Assembly: GCA_963762565.1 (NCBI GenBank)
Contig: CAVXLD010000003.1
Coordinates: 320,001-384,000 of the forward strand
Reading direction: 5' to 3'
Length of the DNA stretch: 64,000 nt
DNA from: an uncultured Verrucomicrobiae bacterium
GTDB taxonomy: Bacteria; Verrucomicrobiota; Verrucomicrobiia; Chthoniobacterales; JAFAMB01
Shown: positions 9,906 to 20,278 of the stretch, piece after piece
Layout: every line of letters begins with the position of its first letter
Numbering within the stretch: the stretch's first letter is position 1
Position numbers and translations under genes: made by a program
The notes under the pieces: generated by a model
What the model was told of the DNA's origin: nothing
The model's database searches: none
What the model saw: only the letters and a program-made list of their open reading frames with translations

Positions 9906-10820
9906 TCACGCCTTCAGCTTCGTTGCCGATGGCAATTTCTGCTTCAGTGAAAGGACGGGAGCAAAAATATCGCCCTGCTTTTCAGTGCGAACGAGGACCT
10001 CCGCCGAAGTGAAGCTCAGCGGTTCACCGTTGCGGGCACATTGCCCCACTTCCTCCCAGAAGACCGGCGCCGATGCAGTTGGTTGTTCCTTAGCGCGCAA
10101 TGAGTAGACCGTGATAGTCGTTTTGTGGTCGTCGTTCTGGCTCCAGTCGATAAAGACTTTTCCCTGGCGAGAGCTCTTTTTCATGTTGGAGACAACGTCA
10201 CCAGGATGCTCCTCCTCTAATAGCCCGGCCAGAGTGCGGGCAAAGGTTTTGGTTTTTTCGTAAGTCGTCGGTGTATTCAACGGCACATAGACTTGCAACC
10301 CCTTAGAACCCGAGGTCTTGGCAAACGATTGCAGATCGAGTTCATCAAAGATGCTTTTAAGGCGCAGGGCTACCTCACAGCACAGGACAATGTCGGCCGG
10401 AGGACCGGGATCCAAGTCAAAAGCCATCATGGTTGGGCGATCCTCCAATGGCGCCCGATGCAAAAAAGTGTGTAGCTCTAAATCGGCGAGGTTTGCCGCC
10501 CAGACCAGCGAAGGCAAACTGTTAAGCATACAGTAGTTGATGTGAGCGCCCGACCCCTTTGCCACCTTGGTTGTTTCGATCCATTTCGGCCGGTGGGAAG
10601 GTGCCTCTTTTTCGTAAAAGTATTCGCCCTCGACACCATCGGGGTACCGTTTCATCGTGATCGCGCGATCCTTCAGATGGGGCAGCAGATACGGTGCAAC
10701 CTGGACGTAATAGTGAATCATATCGGCTTTGGTAAAGCCGGCCGCCGGATAGAAAACTTTATCCAGGTTGGTCAGCGAGAGCTTGCGCCCGTCGACCTCG
10801 ACTAAGGTTTTGTTTGCCAT
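9906..10820 (-). CDS. ligD: LigD polymerase/primase (PolDom) stand-alone protein
   Basis: LTNLDKVFYP, KRYPDG, FDLDPG, KTSGSKGLQ, FIDWSQN, YSLRA. Confidence 0.92.
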   Translation of the reverse strand: MANKTLVEVDGRKLSLTNLDKVFYPAAGFTKADMIHYYVQVAPYLLPHLKDRAITMKRYPDGVEGEYFYEKEAPSHRPKWIETTKVAKGSGAHINYCMLNSLPSLVWAANLADLELHTFLHRAPLEDRPTMMAFDLDPGPPADIVLCCEVALRLKSIFDELDLQSFAKTSGSKGLQVYVPLNTPTTYEKTKTFARTLAGLLEEEHPGDVVSNMKKSSRQGKVFIDWSQNDDHKTTITVYSLRAKEQPTASAPVFWEEVGQCARNGEPLSFTSAEVLVRTEKQGDIFAPVLSLKQKLPSATKLKA

Positions 10821-10823
10821 GTG

Positions 10824-12398
10824 TTATTCCCGTACGACTTCGTGGGCTTCTTTATCGGTTCGGAGGCCTAGGAAGACCGGTTGCCTTAGCTTATCGTCCT
10901 GGGTCCATTCGCTGAATTTCACTTGGCAGACGAGCTTCGGGTTAACCCAATGGCAACGGAGCATTTCAGCCGGCGTTATCGCCTGACCCCAGCGTTGGTT
11001 CCGTTTTTCAGGCAGATTAACAAAGGGGCAATCGTCACGAGCGAGTTGCTCAAATTGATGATGCAGTTCTTTAAGACTCTTCTCGGAGAATCCGCTGCCG
11101 ACTTTGGCGGCGAAGTGAAGCTGTTTGCCCACGAAATAGCCAACGATTACGGCACCAAAATACTTCCGACCTCCGCCCGGAGGTGTGTAACCGCCAATCA
11201 CGAATTCCTGGTCCGAAACCAGCTTAAGCTTGATCCAGGTACCGGTTCTTTTGCCGCTTTCGTACTGGGAACCAACTTGCTTTCCGAGCAATCCCTCCAA
11301 GCCGAATGACCTGGCTTTCTCCAACAACTCTTCCAAGTCGACGTCGAATGGAACGGAATAGCGGAGCGTTTCGGGGCCATCTTCCACCAGCTCTTTCAGA
11401 AGTGCTTTTCGTTCCGAGAGCGGTCGTGCCCGCAAATCTTCCCCGTCCAATTGCAATAGATCAAAGACGTAATAAAAAAGGGGAGGCCGTTCCTCGCCTT
11501 TCTCAAAAGCCTGCAGGTGTTGGAAAGATGGGCGGCCGGAATCGTCTAGCGCAACAATCTCGCCGTCCAGAATGGCGTCACGGCAGTCCAATTCGGCGAC
11601 GGCGTCCACCACTGGATAAAACTTTTTTCCCAAATCCTTTTCGTTTCGCGACAACAAACGAACCTCGCCGCCGCCTTTCAAAGCCAGGGCTCTGTAACCA
11701 TCAAACTTGAGCTCATATGACCAGTCGCCGGGGGGCGGCTTTGAAACGGGCTTCGCCTGCATTGGTTCCACAAACTTGGGCATGACCACCGGGCCGCTCA
11801 ACAAACGTCGTTTTTTCTTATTCCGTGCCGGTCGCGACTCCCAGGTCGCGTCCGTCTGGGCAATCTCTGCCATGGTTTTGTTTGAAAGCGCCGAGGTGTC
11901 GTCCAGTTCTTTTGAGATCGGTTTTGCGTCAGAACCGGCCTTGATCAGGAGCCATTGATTTTCTTCCGATTTCAAACGTACCAAGCCCCATTCGCCCTCC
12001 AGTTTTTTGCCATGTAGAACGATATGTAGCTGGCCGCTCTCCAAGGTTTTGGCCGGATACCGTTCTGAGAATTCGTAGGTGCCGAAGTCCCAAACCATGA
12101 CTGTCCCGCCACCGTACTGGCCTTTTGGGATTGTTCCCTCGAAGTCAGCATAGGCGAGGGGATGGTCTTCCACATGTACGGCAAGCCGTTTCTCACCTTT
12201 TATCAGAGGAATCCCTTTCGGCACGGCCCAGGACTTCAAGGTTCCGTCCATCTCCAGCCTGAAATCGTAGTGAAGGCGGGTAGCGGCATGCTTCTGAATC
12301 ACAAACCGGGATTTAGTCGACTTTTTAGCCCGGCTGCGGTCAGTTGGTTCCGCTGTTTGCTCGAAATTCCGTTTTCTTGCGTATTCCCGCAGAGACAT
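10824..12398 (-). CDS. ligD: LigD phosphoesterase + ATP-dependent DNA ligase
   Basis: FVIQKHAATRLHYDFRLE (PE domain); ELKFDGYR, LDGE, EGLLGK, WIKLK, LRQPVFLGLR (ligase). Confidence 0.93.
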   Translation of the reverse strand: MSLREYARKRNFEQTAEPTDRSRAKKSTKSRFVIQKHAATRLHYDFRLEMDGTLKSWAVPKGIPLIKGEKRLAVHVEDHPLAYADFEGTIPKGQYGGGTVMVWDFGTYEFSERYPAKTLESGQLHIVLHGKKLEGEWGLVRLKSEENQWLLIKAGSDAKPISKELDDTSALSNKTMAEIAQTDATWESRPARNKKKRRLLSGPVVMPKFVEPMQAKPVSKPPPGDWSYELKFDGYRALALKGGGEVRLLSRNEKDLGKKFYPVVDAVAELDCRDAILDGEIVALDDSGRPSFQHLQAFEKGEERPPLFYYVFDLLQLDGEDLRARPLSERKALLKELVEDGPETLRYSVPFDVDLEELLEKARSFGLEGLLGKQVGSQYESGKRTGTWIKLKLVSDQEFVIGGYTPPGGGRKYFGAVIVGYFVGKQLHFAAKVGSGFSEKSLKELHHQFEQLARDDCPFVNLPEKRNQRWGQAITPAEMLRCHWVNPKLVCQVKFSEWTQDDKLRQPVFLGLRTDKEAHEVVRE

Positions 12399-12404
12399 AA
12401 CCGA

Positions 12405-12517
12405 CAATAGCAAATCGCAAATAGAAAATAGCAAAGGGCTGGCATTACGCCAGTTGGTACAATCGCCGGGCGCCGGCGATTTCTCAATTTGCTATTTGCT
12501 ATCTACTATTTGCTATT
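12405..12517. repeat. Inverted heptamer arrays (AATAGCA)n ... (TGCTATT)n in a divergent intergenic region
   Basis: About 4 units in each arm. Confidence 0.8.
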
Positions 12518-12523
12518 CCCTCT

Positions 12524-13468
12524 GTGAAGCTTTTCTACCTGAATCCCACTTATCCGGAACTCGATCTGGAGGAAACTGTACTAAAAGGAACCGGGATTGA
12601 GCTTGTCCGGTTCAAGGCCCACAGCGACGCAGACATCGCATCGGTGAGCGACCAGATTGATGCGATTCTGACCGACACGACGCCAATCACGCGAGAAACG
12701 GTAAGCTACCTAACACGCTGCAGGATTGTGGTTCGGCTTGGGGTCGGTTTTGACGTCGTCGATGGGGTTGCTTGTCGGGAACGGAGTATTGTGGTCTGCA
12801 ACGTTCCGGATTACGGCGTTGAGGAAGTGGCCAACCATGCTGTGGCGTTACTCTTTGCCGTCCATCGCCGAATCCTTTCTTACGACCGGAAGGTCAGACA
12901 AAAGGGATGGGGGTATCAAACGGAGTGGCCGATCCGCCGCCTCAGTAAACAGAAGGTTGGTGTCGTCGGGATTGGCCGGATCGGCGCCCAATTTGCTGCC
13001 AGGATCAAGCCATTCGTTCGCGAGGTGGCTGCCTATGATCCGGGGCTAACCCCGGACCAGATCGAGAAACGCGGAGCAAATCCCCAGGATTTGCGGCCTC
13101 TTCTTGAGACAGCCGATTTGATCAGTTTGCATCTCCCGCTCAGCGAAAAGACGCATCATCTTATTAATAAAGAAACCATCGGCTGGATGCAACGTCACCC
13201 GATTTTGGTCAACGTCAGTCGCGGAGGCCTAATCGATAGTGCCGCTCTGGCAGCGGGTTTGCGCGAGCGAAAGTTGTCGGGAGCGGGTCTGGACGTATTT
13301 GAACATGAGCCCGCTGTTCCCCCAGAGTATTTCGATTTGCCCGGGGTAGTGCTGAGCCCGCACATCGCCTGGTATTCTGAGGAATCGAGCGAACAATTGC
13401 GCGCTAGCGCGGTTCGCACGATTGCCGATTATCTCACGGGCAAGCCGGCGGTGAACGTGGTGAATTAG
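12524..13468 (+). CDS. D-isomer 2-hydroxyacid dehydrogenase (CtBP/SerA-like)
   Basis: RLGVGFD, NVPDYG, GIGRIG, NVSRGG, LDVFEHEP, PHIAWYS. Confidence 0.9.
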   Translation: MKLFYLNPTYPELDLEETVLKGTGIELVRFKAHSDADIASVSDQIDAILTDTTPITRETVSYLTRCRIVVRLGVGFDVVDGVACRERSIVVCNVPDYGVEEVANHAVALLFAVHRRILSYDRKVRQKGWGYQTEWPIRRLSKQKVGVVGIGRIGAQFAARIKPFVREVAAYDPGLTPDQIEKRGANPQDLRPLLETADLISLHLPLSEKTHHLINKETIGWMQRHPILVNVSRGGLIDSAALAAGLRERKLSGAGLDVFEHEPAVPPEYFDLPGVVLSPHIAWYSEESSEQLRASAVRTIADYLTGKPAVNVVN

Positions 13469-13502
13469 GTGGGCGAAAAATCGTGCTGAGAGGTGGCCCG
13501 GA

Positions 13503-13603
13503 AGTAATCAGTAAAACAGTAATCAGTTAGGGCGCGTTTGGGAATAGAGCCCTCAGGCGAGGCATCAAGTTACTGATTAGTGTCACACTGATTTACTGAT
13601 TAC
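13503..13603. repeat. Inverted heptamer arrays (AGTAATC)n ... (GATTACT)n
   Basis: Arms at about 13503-13528 and 13570-13603. Confidence 0.7.
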
Positions 13604-13619
13604 TTTGGTGCCACCCCAA

Positions 13620-14519
13620 ATGAAGTACCTCGCGTTTACCTGGGTTTTCCTCTGTTTCGCTGCGGCCATTCCTGCTTCCGGTCAGAATACCAGCCTGCAG
13701 ATCGCCGGCTCGCAAATCGACGTCGTCTTCGATTCGCCGATATCCGACGCTCTCCGCCAGCTTGTTCTCGACAGGATCAAACTGTCGGCGAAAGCGATCG
13801 TTAACTATTACGGTCGCTATCCGGTGCAAAAGGTGCGGATCGATGTCTCTCCGCATTTCGGGAAAGGAGTGAGCGGCGGCCATGCTTCTGGCTGGGACGG
13901 AGCCCGTATCAGGCTTGGTGTCGGTAAGGAGAGTACGGCTGCTGATTTTGCCGAAGACTGGGTAACGACCCATGAGATGGTGCATTTGGCATTTCCAAGC
14001 CAGGAAGAGGAGCATCACTGGATTGAGGAAGGGCAGGCGGTCTATATTGAGCCGATCGCCAGGACTCGCATCGGTGAATTGACCCCGGAGAAAGTATGGG
14101 GCGATATGGTTCGAGATATGCCTCAAGGGCAACCGGCCGCAGGAGATCGCGGTCTGGACTATACCCATACCTGGGGACGTACTTATTGGGGAGGCGCGAT
14201 CTTTTGTCTGTTAGCGGACGTTCAGATTCGAGAACGGACCCATAACCGGAAGGGGTTGGAAGATGCCCTCCGCGCGGTGTTAGCAGAAGGTAACATCGAG
14301 TCGGAATGGCCCCTCGAACGCGCCATTGCCATTGGGGATAAGGCGACTGGCGTTCCAGTCTTACACGATCTGTACGAACAAATGAAGGCCACGCCAGTTA
14401 CCGTCGACCTCGACGGCCTGTGGAAGGAGCTCGGTGTGAATCAGCAGAACGGCCATATCGTTTTTGATGATAACGCGCCGTTGGCCGCAGTGCGACGCGC
14501 TATAACGGCGCGTCAGTGA
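13620..14519 (+). CDS. Secreted HEXXH zinc metallopeptidase-like protein (M61/gluzincin-like)
   Basis: Signal peptide; THEMVH...WIEEG motif; YWGGA. Confidence 0.7.
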   Translation: MKYLAFTWVFLCFAAAIPASGQNTSLQIAGSQIDVVFDSPISDALRQLVLDRIKLSAKAIVNYYGRYPVQKVRIDVSPHFGKGVSGGHASGWDGARIRLGVGKESTAADFAEDWVTTHEMVHLAFPSQEEEHHWIEEGQAVYIEPIARTRIGELTPEKVWGDMVRDMPQGQPAAGDRGLDYTHTWGRTYWGGAIFCLLADVQIRERTHNRKGLEDALRAVLAEGNIESEWPLERAIAIGDKATGVPVLHDLYEQMKATPVTVDLDGLWKELGVNQQNGHIVFDDNAPLAAVRRAITARQ

Positions 14520-14612
14520 AACGTGATTAGTGATTGGTGATTGGTTGATGGGGCGAGGCTCCCGAATCGCCGAAAATGCTTCGCGAAGGGCACGGCTCGG
14601 TGAGCGGGGACA

Positions 14613-14847
14613 CCCGTGGAGCGCGCCTTGCTGGCGAGGCCGACGGTAAGCAAGGTGGTTGGTGTGACCCGCCTATCATTTGTCGGCGCTATTTAGTCCG
14701 TGGAGCGGCAGATATCCGAAATCGAGCGCTGAAAGCAAACGCGCTTACACCACGATACTCCCTTGCTCACCATCGGCCTCGCAAGCGAGGCGCGCTCCAC
14801 GGGTGGCGACCCCTTTCGGCCTCGCAAGCGAGGCGCGCTCCACGGGT
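14613..14847. repeat. REPIN of the GCCTCGCAAGCGAGGC family with a tandemly duplicated right arm
   Basis: Left arm 14613-14643; right arms start at 14775 and 14818 (43-bp period). Confidence 0.8.
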
Positions 14848-14857
14848 GTCACTTCTT

Positions 14858-15661
14858 TCACTTAATCCCCACTCGGATACGGTAACACCAGAACCATCGC
14901 GTGGTCCGATTACCTAAGCGTTGCTGCACGGTTTCCCGCAAGCGATCCAGGCCGATGTTGGCCTCGGTATACCCGTGTTTAAGCAAATCCGCGATGCTTC
15001 CCTGGCTCCTCACCAAACCGACGAAACGATCGCTGTCACCGGAATCCGTATTCAGACAGGCCAAATCTCGGGTGTACCGAAAATGGCCGCTCTTTTTGAT
15101 CTGTTCCAGATGCTGATTCTTGGGCCACTTTTTGGCTTTGCTGATCCCGGTTTCGGCCAACAATTCGTCCGCGTGTCGATGACACTGGGTAAAAGCGGCG
15201 TCTGCAACCGGATCACATACCGGAGGCCAATCGCAGTCGTAGGCGGCAAAGACTCCGCCGGGACGTAGGACCCGGGCGATTTCGGCCAAAGTAATTACTG
15301 GATCCATCCAATGAAACGATTGCGAAGCGGTAACGATATCGACGCTCTGCTCCGCCAGACCGGTTTGATGGGCTTCTGCGCCCACGAATTGAGCATGGGT
15401 CTCTGAATGTGCCCATTCCGGCCGTTGCGCTGCCACCGCCCGCATATCAGGTGAGGGCTCGATCCCAGTAATCGATTTTGTCCGATCCATCCAGATCAGA
15501 GTTGAGAGCCCGGTGCCGCAACCCAGATCAACGACATGATCGGCGCGATTCATTCCGGCCAATTGCAGCAAAAGGTCAGCGATGATCTCCGGCGGCTTTG
15601 GCCGGTATTGGTCGTAGATGTCGGCGAATCCGGTGAAGCGAAGAACGTTTGGATTTTCCAT
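14858..15661 (-). CDS. Class I SAM-dependent methyltransferase
   Basis: YDQYRP, VDLGCGTG, ASQSFHW, RVLRPGG. Confidence 0.9.
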   Translation of the reverse strand: MENPNVLRFTGFADIYDQYRPKPPEIIADLLLQLAGMNRADHVVDLGCGTGLSTLIWMDRTKSITGIEPSPDMRAVAAQRPEWAHSETHAQFVGAEAHQTGLAEQSVDIVTASQSFHWMDPVITLAEIARVLRPGGVFAAYDCDWPPVCDPVADAAFTQCHRHADELLAETGISKAKKWPKNQHLEQIKKSGHFRYTRDLACLNTDSGDSDRFVGLVRSQGSIADLLKHGYTEANIGLDRLRETVQQRLGNRTTRWFWCYRIRVGIK

Positions 15662-15667
15662 AGCGGG

Positions 15668-15975
15668 GGTAGCAGTAAGCAGTAAGCAGTGTGAGGAGCT
15701 AGAATCTAGTAGGTAATCAGGAGCCAGAAGATAGAAGCTAGGAGCTAGGAGCTAGGAGCTAGGAGCTAGGAGCTAGGATAATCTAGGAGCTAGAATCTAG
15801 GAGCTAGGAGAGTACGAGCGTGACCTCATTAGTCCCATTAGTCGCATAAGTCCTATCCAACCGCAGCGCCCACGGATTTCACGTGCGCGCACATGTCAAT
15901 GTACCCATATGCCTCTTACTAGCTCCTAGATTCTAGCTCCTAGCTCGTCACACTGCTTACTGCTTACTGACTACT
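15668..15975. repeat. Nested inverted heptamer arrays (AAGCAGT)n(TAGGAGC)n ... (GCTCCTA)n(ACTGCTT)n
   Basis: More than 10 heptamers at 15668-15810, mirrored in reverse order at about 15917-15975. Confidence 0.85.
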
Positions 15976-15999
15976 CTCGCACCACTTCGCTGGTATTCG

Positions 16000-17148
16000 T
16001 TACCGAGTCCCCGTGCCACCTGCAGCACGCGAGCGCAGTGCTTCCGTGAAAATCAAGTGGCTTTGATGCGCTTCCTCGGGGGTGACACAATAGAAAGGTT
16101 GGTGCATGCCGCCTCGGCCATGCACCAGTTCATCGCAAAAGGTCGCCCACATTTGCAGGATGCTATCGGTGAAACCAAACTCGAAAATCGCACCCGTGAT
16201 CGTGGGATAAGCGCTTTGATAGCCTAGGTCGATCTGTTGCCAGGCCTGTACTCCCCCTGGTTTGTACTCCATGACTTGGAGCGTACGAGGATATTTGGTG
16301 GAGAAAGCCATCGATCTCTTGGTTCCTATCACTTTTAAGAACCAGGTATTGGTTTCTCCCGGGGCAATGCGTTTGGTGTGCAACGTGATCGGAAAAGCGT
16401 GATCACCGTGCGCTTCGACTTCGCCGAAAATAGTAGCGTTGTCCCACGTACGACAGGGCGCCATGCCTCCTTTACCGTCCGGTCTTTCCTTTACGATCTT
16501 GGTCAGTTGAGCGTGTACCCGGCGAGGGAACCATCCAAACCTTAATGGCACATGCAATGTGTGCATCCCGAGATCTCCCATACAACCGTACTCGCCGTTA
16601 AATTCTATCATGCGTTTCCAGTTGATCGGTTTTTCCGGATTCAAGTCAGACGAATGTAATAAACCGCTTTCGACTTCGACGAATTCGCCGAAGTCATCTT
16701 CCAGCAAGGACCGGATAATGGCGATTCCGCCGGGATAAAACGGAAGTTCAGATGAGCAACGGACAAAGGCTTTTGGGTGAGCGGCGATGGTGTCGTTGAT
16801 CTTTTCGTTAGCGGCTAGATCGATGCCGAATGGCTTCTCGCCAAGGAGATGTTTACCGGCCTGAATAATATCGCAGTAAACCTGAGCATGCAGATTGTGC
16901 GGGACGGCGCAATAGATGGCGTCAACCTCCGGCCGAGCGAGCAATTCGTGATAATCAGTGGTGGTAAACCGGAGAGTGGGAACGCTGGCCCGAAACCAGT
17001 CAAAAGCTTTTTCGTTGGTGTCACATGCTGCCACCAGCACCGGGCGGACATCCACATTGTTGAGATGAATCCAGCGGGCTGCGGCGCTCGCGAATTCTCG
17101 TCCCATCAACCCGAGGCCGATAACTCCAAAACGGATTTCTGTGCTCAT
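16000..17148 (-). CDS. Gfo/Idh/MocA family oxidoreductase
   Basis: GVIGLGLMG, LLGEKP, MGDLGMH. Confidence 0.9.
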   Translation of the reverse strand: MSTEIRFGVIGLGLMGREFASAAARWIHLNNVDVRPVLVAACDTNEKAFDWFRASVPTLRFTTTDYHELLARPEVDAIYCAVPHNLHAQVYCDIIQAGKHLLGEKPFGIDLAANEKINDTIAAHPKAFVRCSSELPFYPGGIAIIRSLLEDDFGEFVEVESGLLHSSDLNPEKPINWKRMIEFNGEYGCMGDLGMHTLHVPLRFGWFPRRVHAQLTKIVKERPDGKGGMAPCRTWDNATIFGEVEAHGDHAFPITLHTKRIAPGETNTWFLKVIGTKRSMAFSTKYPRTLQVMEYKPGGVQAWQQIDLGYQSAYPTITGAIFEFGFTDSILQMWATFCDELVHGRGGMHQPFYCVTPEEAHQSHLIFTEALRSRAAGGTGTR

Positions 17149-17153
17149 TGATT

Positions 17154-17990
17154 TCAGTTCTCGGCCAGGATGCCGAGCGCCTGTTTGGTATCGACACTAT
17201 CATGAACGATACTCATCAACGCGCGGGTCATCGCGGCCGGCTTTTCATGTTGGATGACGTTGCGTCCGTAAACAATTCCCTTGGCCCCCTGCCGCATAAG
17301 CTCAACCGTTCGTTCGATGATTTCCGTATCGGACGCCTTGCCGCCGCCGCGAACCAAGATGGGGATAGCGCCGGCTACCTCGACCACTCGGTGATATTCG
17401 GTGATATCAGTGCAAGGGTCAGCCTTGATGATGTCGGCGCCGAGCTCGACTGCTTGCCGCACGAGTCCCATGATCTTGTCGATATCACCGTCGACCATAT
17501 AACCGCCTGCCTTCTGATTGTCTTGCATGACCAATGGCTCAACCATCAATGGCACCCCGTATTCGTCGGCTACCGGTTTAAGCAGGCAAATGTTCTCGAT
17601 GCATTCGGCATGCACCTCGGGTTGGTCTGGCAGCAGAAACAAATTCACGCAAAGACAAGCCGCATCCAAGCGAAGTGCTTGCTTCACCGGATCATCGATC
17701 ATTCGGCTGAAAAGATAAGATGGCAACGTCTTACCGTAGACGTTCGCCACGTCGGTCCGGAGCACGAGCGCTGGCTTCTGCTTGCCACGCACTGATTGCA
17801 ACAGAGGCGCTTGACCGACGGTTAGCTGGACCGCATCGGGGCCCGCGGATAGAACCGTTTGGATAGCTGAGTGCATGTTCTCGATCCCAGCCAGGAAAGC
17901 GGCTTCATTAAAGAATCCGTGATCGATCGCGACATCGAAACATTTACCGTCAGCGGCGAAGAGCCGGTTTATTCGTGGTTTGGCGAGCAT
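17154..17990 (-). CDS. DhnA-type class I aldolase
   Basis: VAIDHG, PLMVEP, ELGADIIKAD (Schiff-base Lys), RGGG, YGRNVIQ. Confidence 0.88.
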   Translation of the reverse strand: MLAKPRINRLFAADGKCFDVAIDHGFFNEAAFLAGIENMHSAIQTVLSAGPDAVQLTVGQAPLLQSVRGKQKPALVLRTDVANVYGKTLPSYLFSRMIDDPVKQALRLDAACLCVNLFLLPDQPEVHAECIENICLLKPVADEYGVPLMVEPLVMQDNQKAGGYMVDGDIDKIMGLVRQAVELGADIIKADPCTDITEYHRVVEVAGAIPILVRGGGKASDTEIIERTVELMRQGAKGIVYGRNVIQHEKPAAMTRALMSIVHDSVDTKQALGILAEN

Positions 17991-18089
17991 GATGGATAGA
18001 GGTAAGGCGAAGGGTTACAAAAGGGGGTTCCGTTCGGGTCTGTACACTATTCGGGTTGGCGTTGCTAGTGTTGATGCTGGTCGTCGTCG

Positions 18090-18206
18090 CGTGGAGTGGA
18101 CTGAGTGGACTGAGTGGACTGAGTAGACCTAGTGGACGAAGTGGATGGGCGCCCAGATCTGAGGGCCACCAGGTCCACTCCGTCTACTAGGTCCACTCAG
18201 TCCACT
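18090..18206. repeat. Inverted nonamer arrays (GAGTGGACT)n ... (GTCCACTC)n
   Basis: About 5 units at 18090-18146; reverse complement at about 18172-18206. Confidence 0.8.
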
Positions 18207-18242
18207 TCCGTGAGAGGACGAGAACGAAGGCTCCTCGGCGCC

Positions 18243-19316
18243 TTACCCCTCCGCTAACTCCCCTAGTTTCTCGCACAAAGAAACCAGTTCCTCGTGTCCT
18301 TGAAGTCCTTCGACAAACCGTTTCGGAATCCCGGACAATCCAACCTGCGCTCCGACCAGGGCGCCGGTTAGACAAGCACGAGACATGTTTTGGCCGCCGC
18401 CGTTGATGGCATGGAGAACAGCGAGCTCAAAATTATCGTTGAACCTGGCGGCCAGGTAATAGGCTGCGGGCAATTGGTGATAAATCGCGCAAGGCATGCC
18501 GTACACGATGGAAGCCTTCCACGCGGGTTCGATGCGAATCCCTGGGTCGCGAGCCGCCTCAGCCATGTGGGATGGAGTCAACAACGCGTCAGGCGACGAA
18601 AATTTGCCGGCTCTGGGCGGGTCGGGATCACCGGGCCGAGGGACGCCCAAATCGTTACCGGTGACGGCGTGAAAAGGCAGCTGTCCGTGCTTTACCAACG
18701 CCATCAACTTATCGGAAAGATTCTCGTCGAGCGGTTCGCCGCGGACTAAGGCCGCCAAGACGCAGTTGTAGGCGGTGGACATCGCGACAATGGCTTCATC
18801 CGCTTGGGTTAGAGCGCAATGGCCTGCAACCAAACGTGCCACGGCTGCTGGATCTTTAGCGTAACGTGCCGCCAGAGGGATCGCGCGTTCTGCGGCCTCG
18901 GTAGTATCCGCGTGGCCTCCGGTTTCTTTCCAGCTCTTCTTCTGTTGAACCCGGCGTCTGAATGCTTCCCGGATCGATTGGCTAGTGTAGCCGCCTGGGC
19001 CATTCATCGGGGTGCCGTCAAGCAGGGGGAACAATTCTTCGTCGACCCGGCGAGTAAAATCTTCTTCAACATATTCACGATGCTCAACGACCGAGCGAAG
19101 TAACATTACGAGTAGCAAGCCCGTCTGGTCCAACTGGCCACCTTGCATCCCGGCATGATATCGTCCGGGCTTAGGATCCACATAATCGTCGACCCAATCT
19201 CCGTATTCCTTCCGCAGCTCAGCGAGGTCGTAGTACCAGTGAGGACCAAGTCCTAAGGCATCCCCGATTAAAGCTCCGAGGACGGCTCCAGCAGCGCGAT
19301 CAGCGATAGTCGTCAT
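18243..19316 (-). CDS. ADP-ribosylglycohydrolase family protein
   Basis: GALIGDALG, AINGGGQNMSRACLTGALVGAQVG. Confidence 0.88.
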   Translation of the reverse strand: MTTIADRAAGAVLGALIGDALGLGPHWYYDLAELRKEYGDWVDDYVDPKPGRYHAGMQGGQLDQTGLLLVMLLRSVVEHREYVEEDFTRRVDEELFPLLDGTPMNGPGGYTSQSIREAFRRRVQQKKSWKETGGHADTTEAAERAIPLAARYAKDPAAVARLVAGHCALTQADEAIVAMSTAYNCVLAALVRGEPLDENLSDKLMALVKHGQLPFHAVTGNDLGVPRPGDPDPPRAGKFSSPDALLTPSHMAEAARDPGIRIEPAWKASIVYGMPCAIYHQLPAAYYLAARFNDNFELAVLHAINGGGQNMSRACLTGALVGAQVGLSGIPKRFVEGLQGHEELVSLCEKLGELAEG

Positions 19317-19483
19317 AGGTTTTCGGCAAATTTTTTGCGGTTGAACGAAGTATAGGTGAGTTGCTTAGCCGGTCCAATCGGCCTAAACCTGGCTCTCTAC
19401 CATTAATATCACAACGATGATAGTAGCTGTTCTGACTAGATAATCGCCTTTGCTACGAACCTCGAGTTTAAGGCGGTCTTCGC

Positions 19484-19494
19484 TATGGTAGACT
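19484..19494 (+). promoter_or_regulatory. Possible extended -10 (TG-N-TAGACT) upstream of the 19511 gene
   Basis: ATGGTAGACT about 17 nt before the ATG. Confidence 0.3.
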
Positions 19495-19510
19495 AAGCAA
19501 GTTTCCCCCT

Positions 19511-20278
19511 ATGGACAAGAAAGCGCGTTTACTTAAGCTCGCCTGCGTCCTTATTTCGTTCGAAGTGGCGTTCATGGTTGCTTCCTTGGTCAGCGGCGCA
19601 CTGCCTGCTCCCGTCGACCTTTTGGCAGCTCATCCCGGTCCGTCGGTATTTTGGCGCGTTTCTAATGGATTCATGCTCTGCCAAAACGCGTTTGAGATCG
19701 GTTTCTATGCGATCTTCGCTTGGTTATTGGCAGCTGATAATCGTCCCTATGCAATCGCTGGCTTTCTTTCCGTGTTTATTGGACTGGCCGCGTCGAGTTT
19801 CAGTATCGTTATTGAGCTCGAACTTATGTCCGGGACGTACCAGCTGGCGGATCCTTTTGGTATCGGGTACGCGACCATCGATTCGCAGCTCGGCCTCATT
19901 GGGATATTCTCTATACTGCCGGCAAACGCCTTCTTCGCTATTGCCACGCTCCGTCATCCCCAACGGCGTCCGGTTGTGCCAGCAGTCTTGTTCATCGGAC
20001 TACCCGTTGGCCTCATCACTCTGTTCATCCCCGACGATGCGACCGGGTGGCAGCGATTCCTTGGCGATTGGATGTTGCCGTTATTTGTGGTCTGTAAGCA
20101 ACTAATCCTCCTTTGGTGGTTTCTGACGCTATTGAATCCGGAGGGCGCGCGGGAGAGGTCCTCTGTGAGGACCTTAGCGAATGGCTTATTGGGCGGGGAG
20201 GTCCCAATGCCGTTGCCGCTACGAACCAAAAATCAGGACGCTGGTAAGATAGGAACAGGTGTTCATGGCGGACGATAG
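19511..20278 (+). CDS. Hypothetical integral membrane protein (~6 TM)
   Basis: Multiple hydrophobic segments; family not recognised. Confidence 0.6.
   Translation: MDKKARLLKLACVLISFEVAFMVASLVSGALPAPVDLLAAHPGPSVFWRVSNGFMLCQNAFEIGFYAIFAWLLAADNRPYAIAGFLSVFIGLAASSFSIVIELELMSGTYQLADPFGIGYATIDSQLGLIGIFSILPANAFFAIATLRHPQRRPVVPAVLFIGLPVGLITLFIPDDATGWQRFLGDWMLPLFVVCKQLILLWWFLTLLNPEGARERSSVRTLANGLLGGEVPMPLPLRTKNQDAGKIGTGVHGGR

Noticed and set aside
13593..14168. Long antisense ORFs (also 17148-17795, 37128-37799, 38142-38843)
   Set aside because: Shadows of well-supported genes on the opposite strand in GC-rich DNA, with no recognisable motifs
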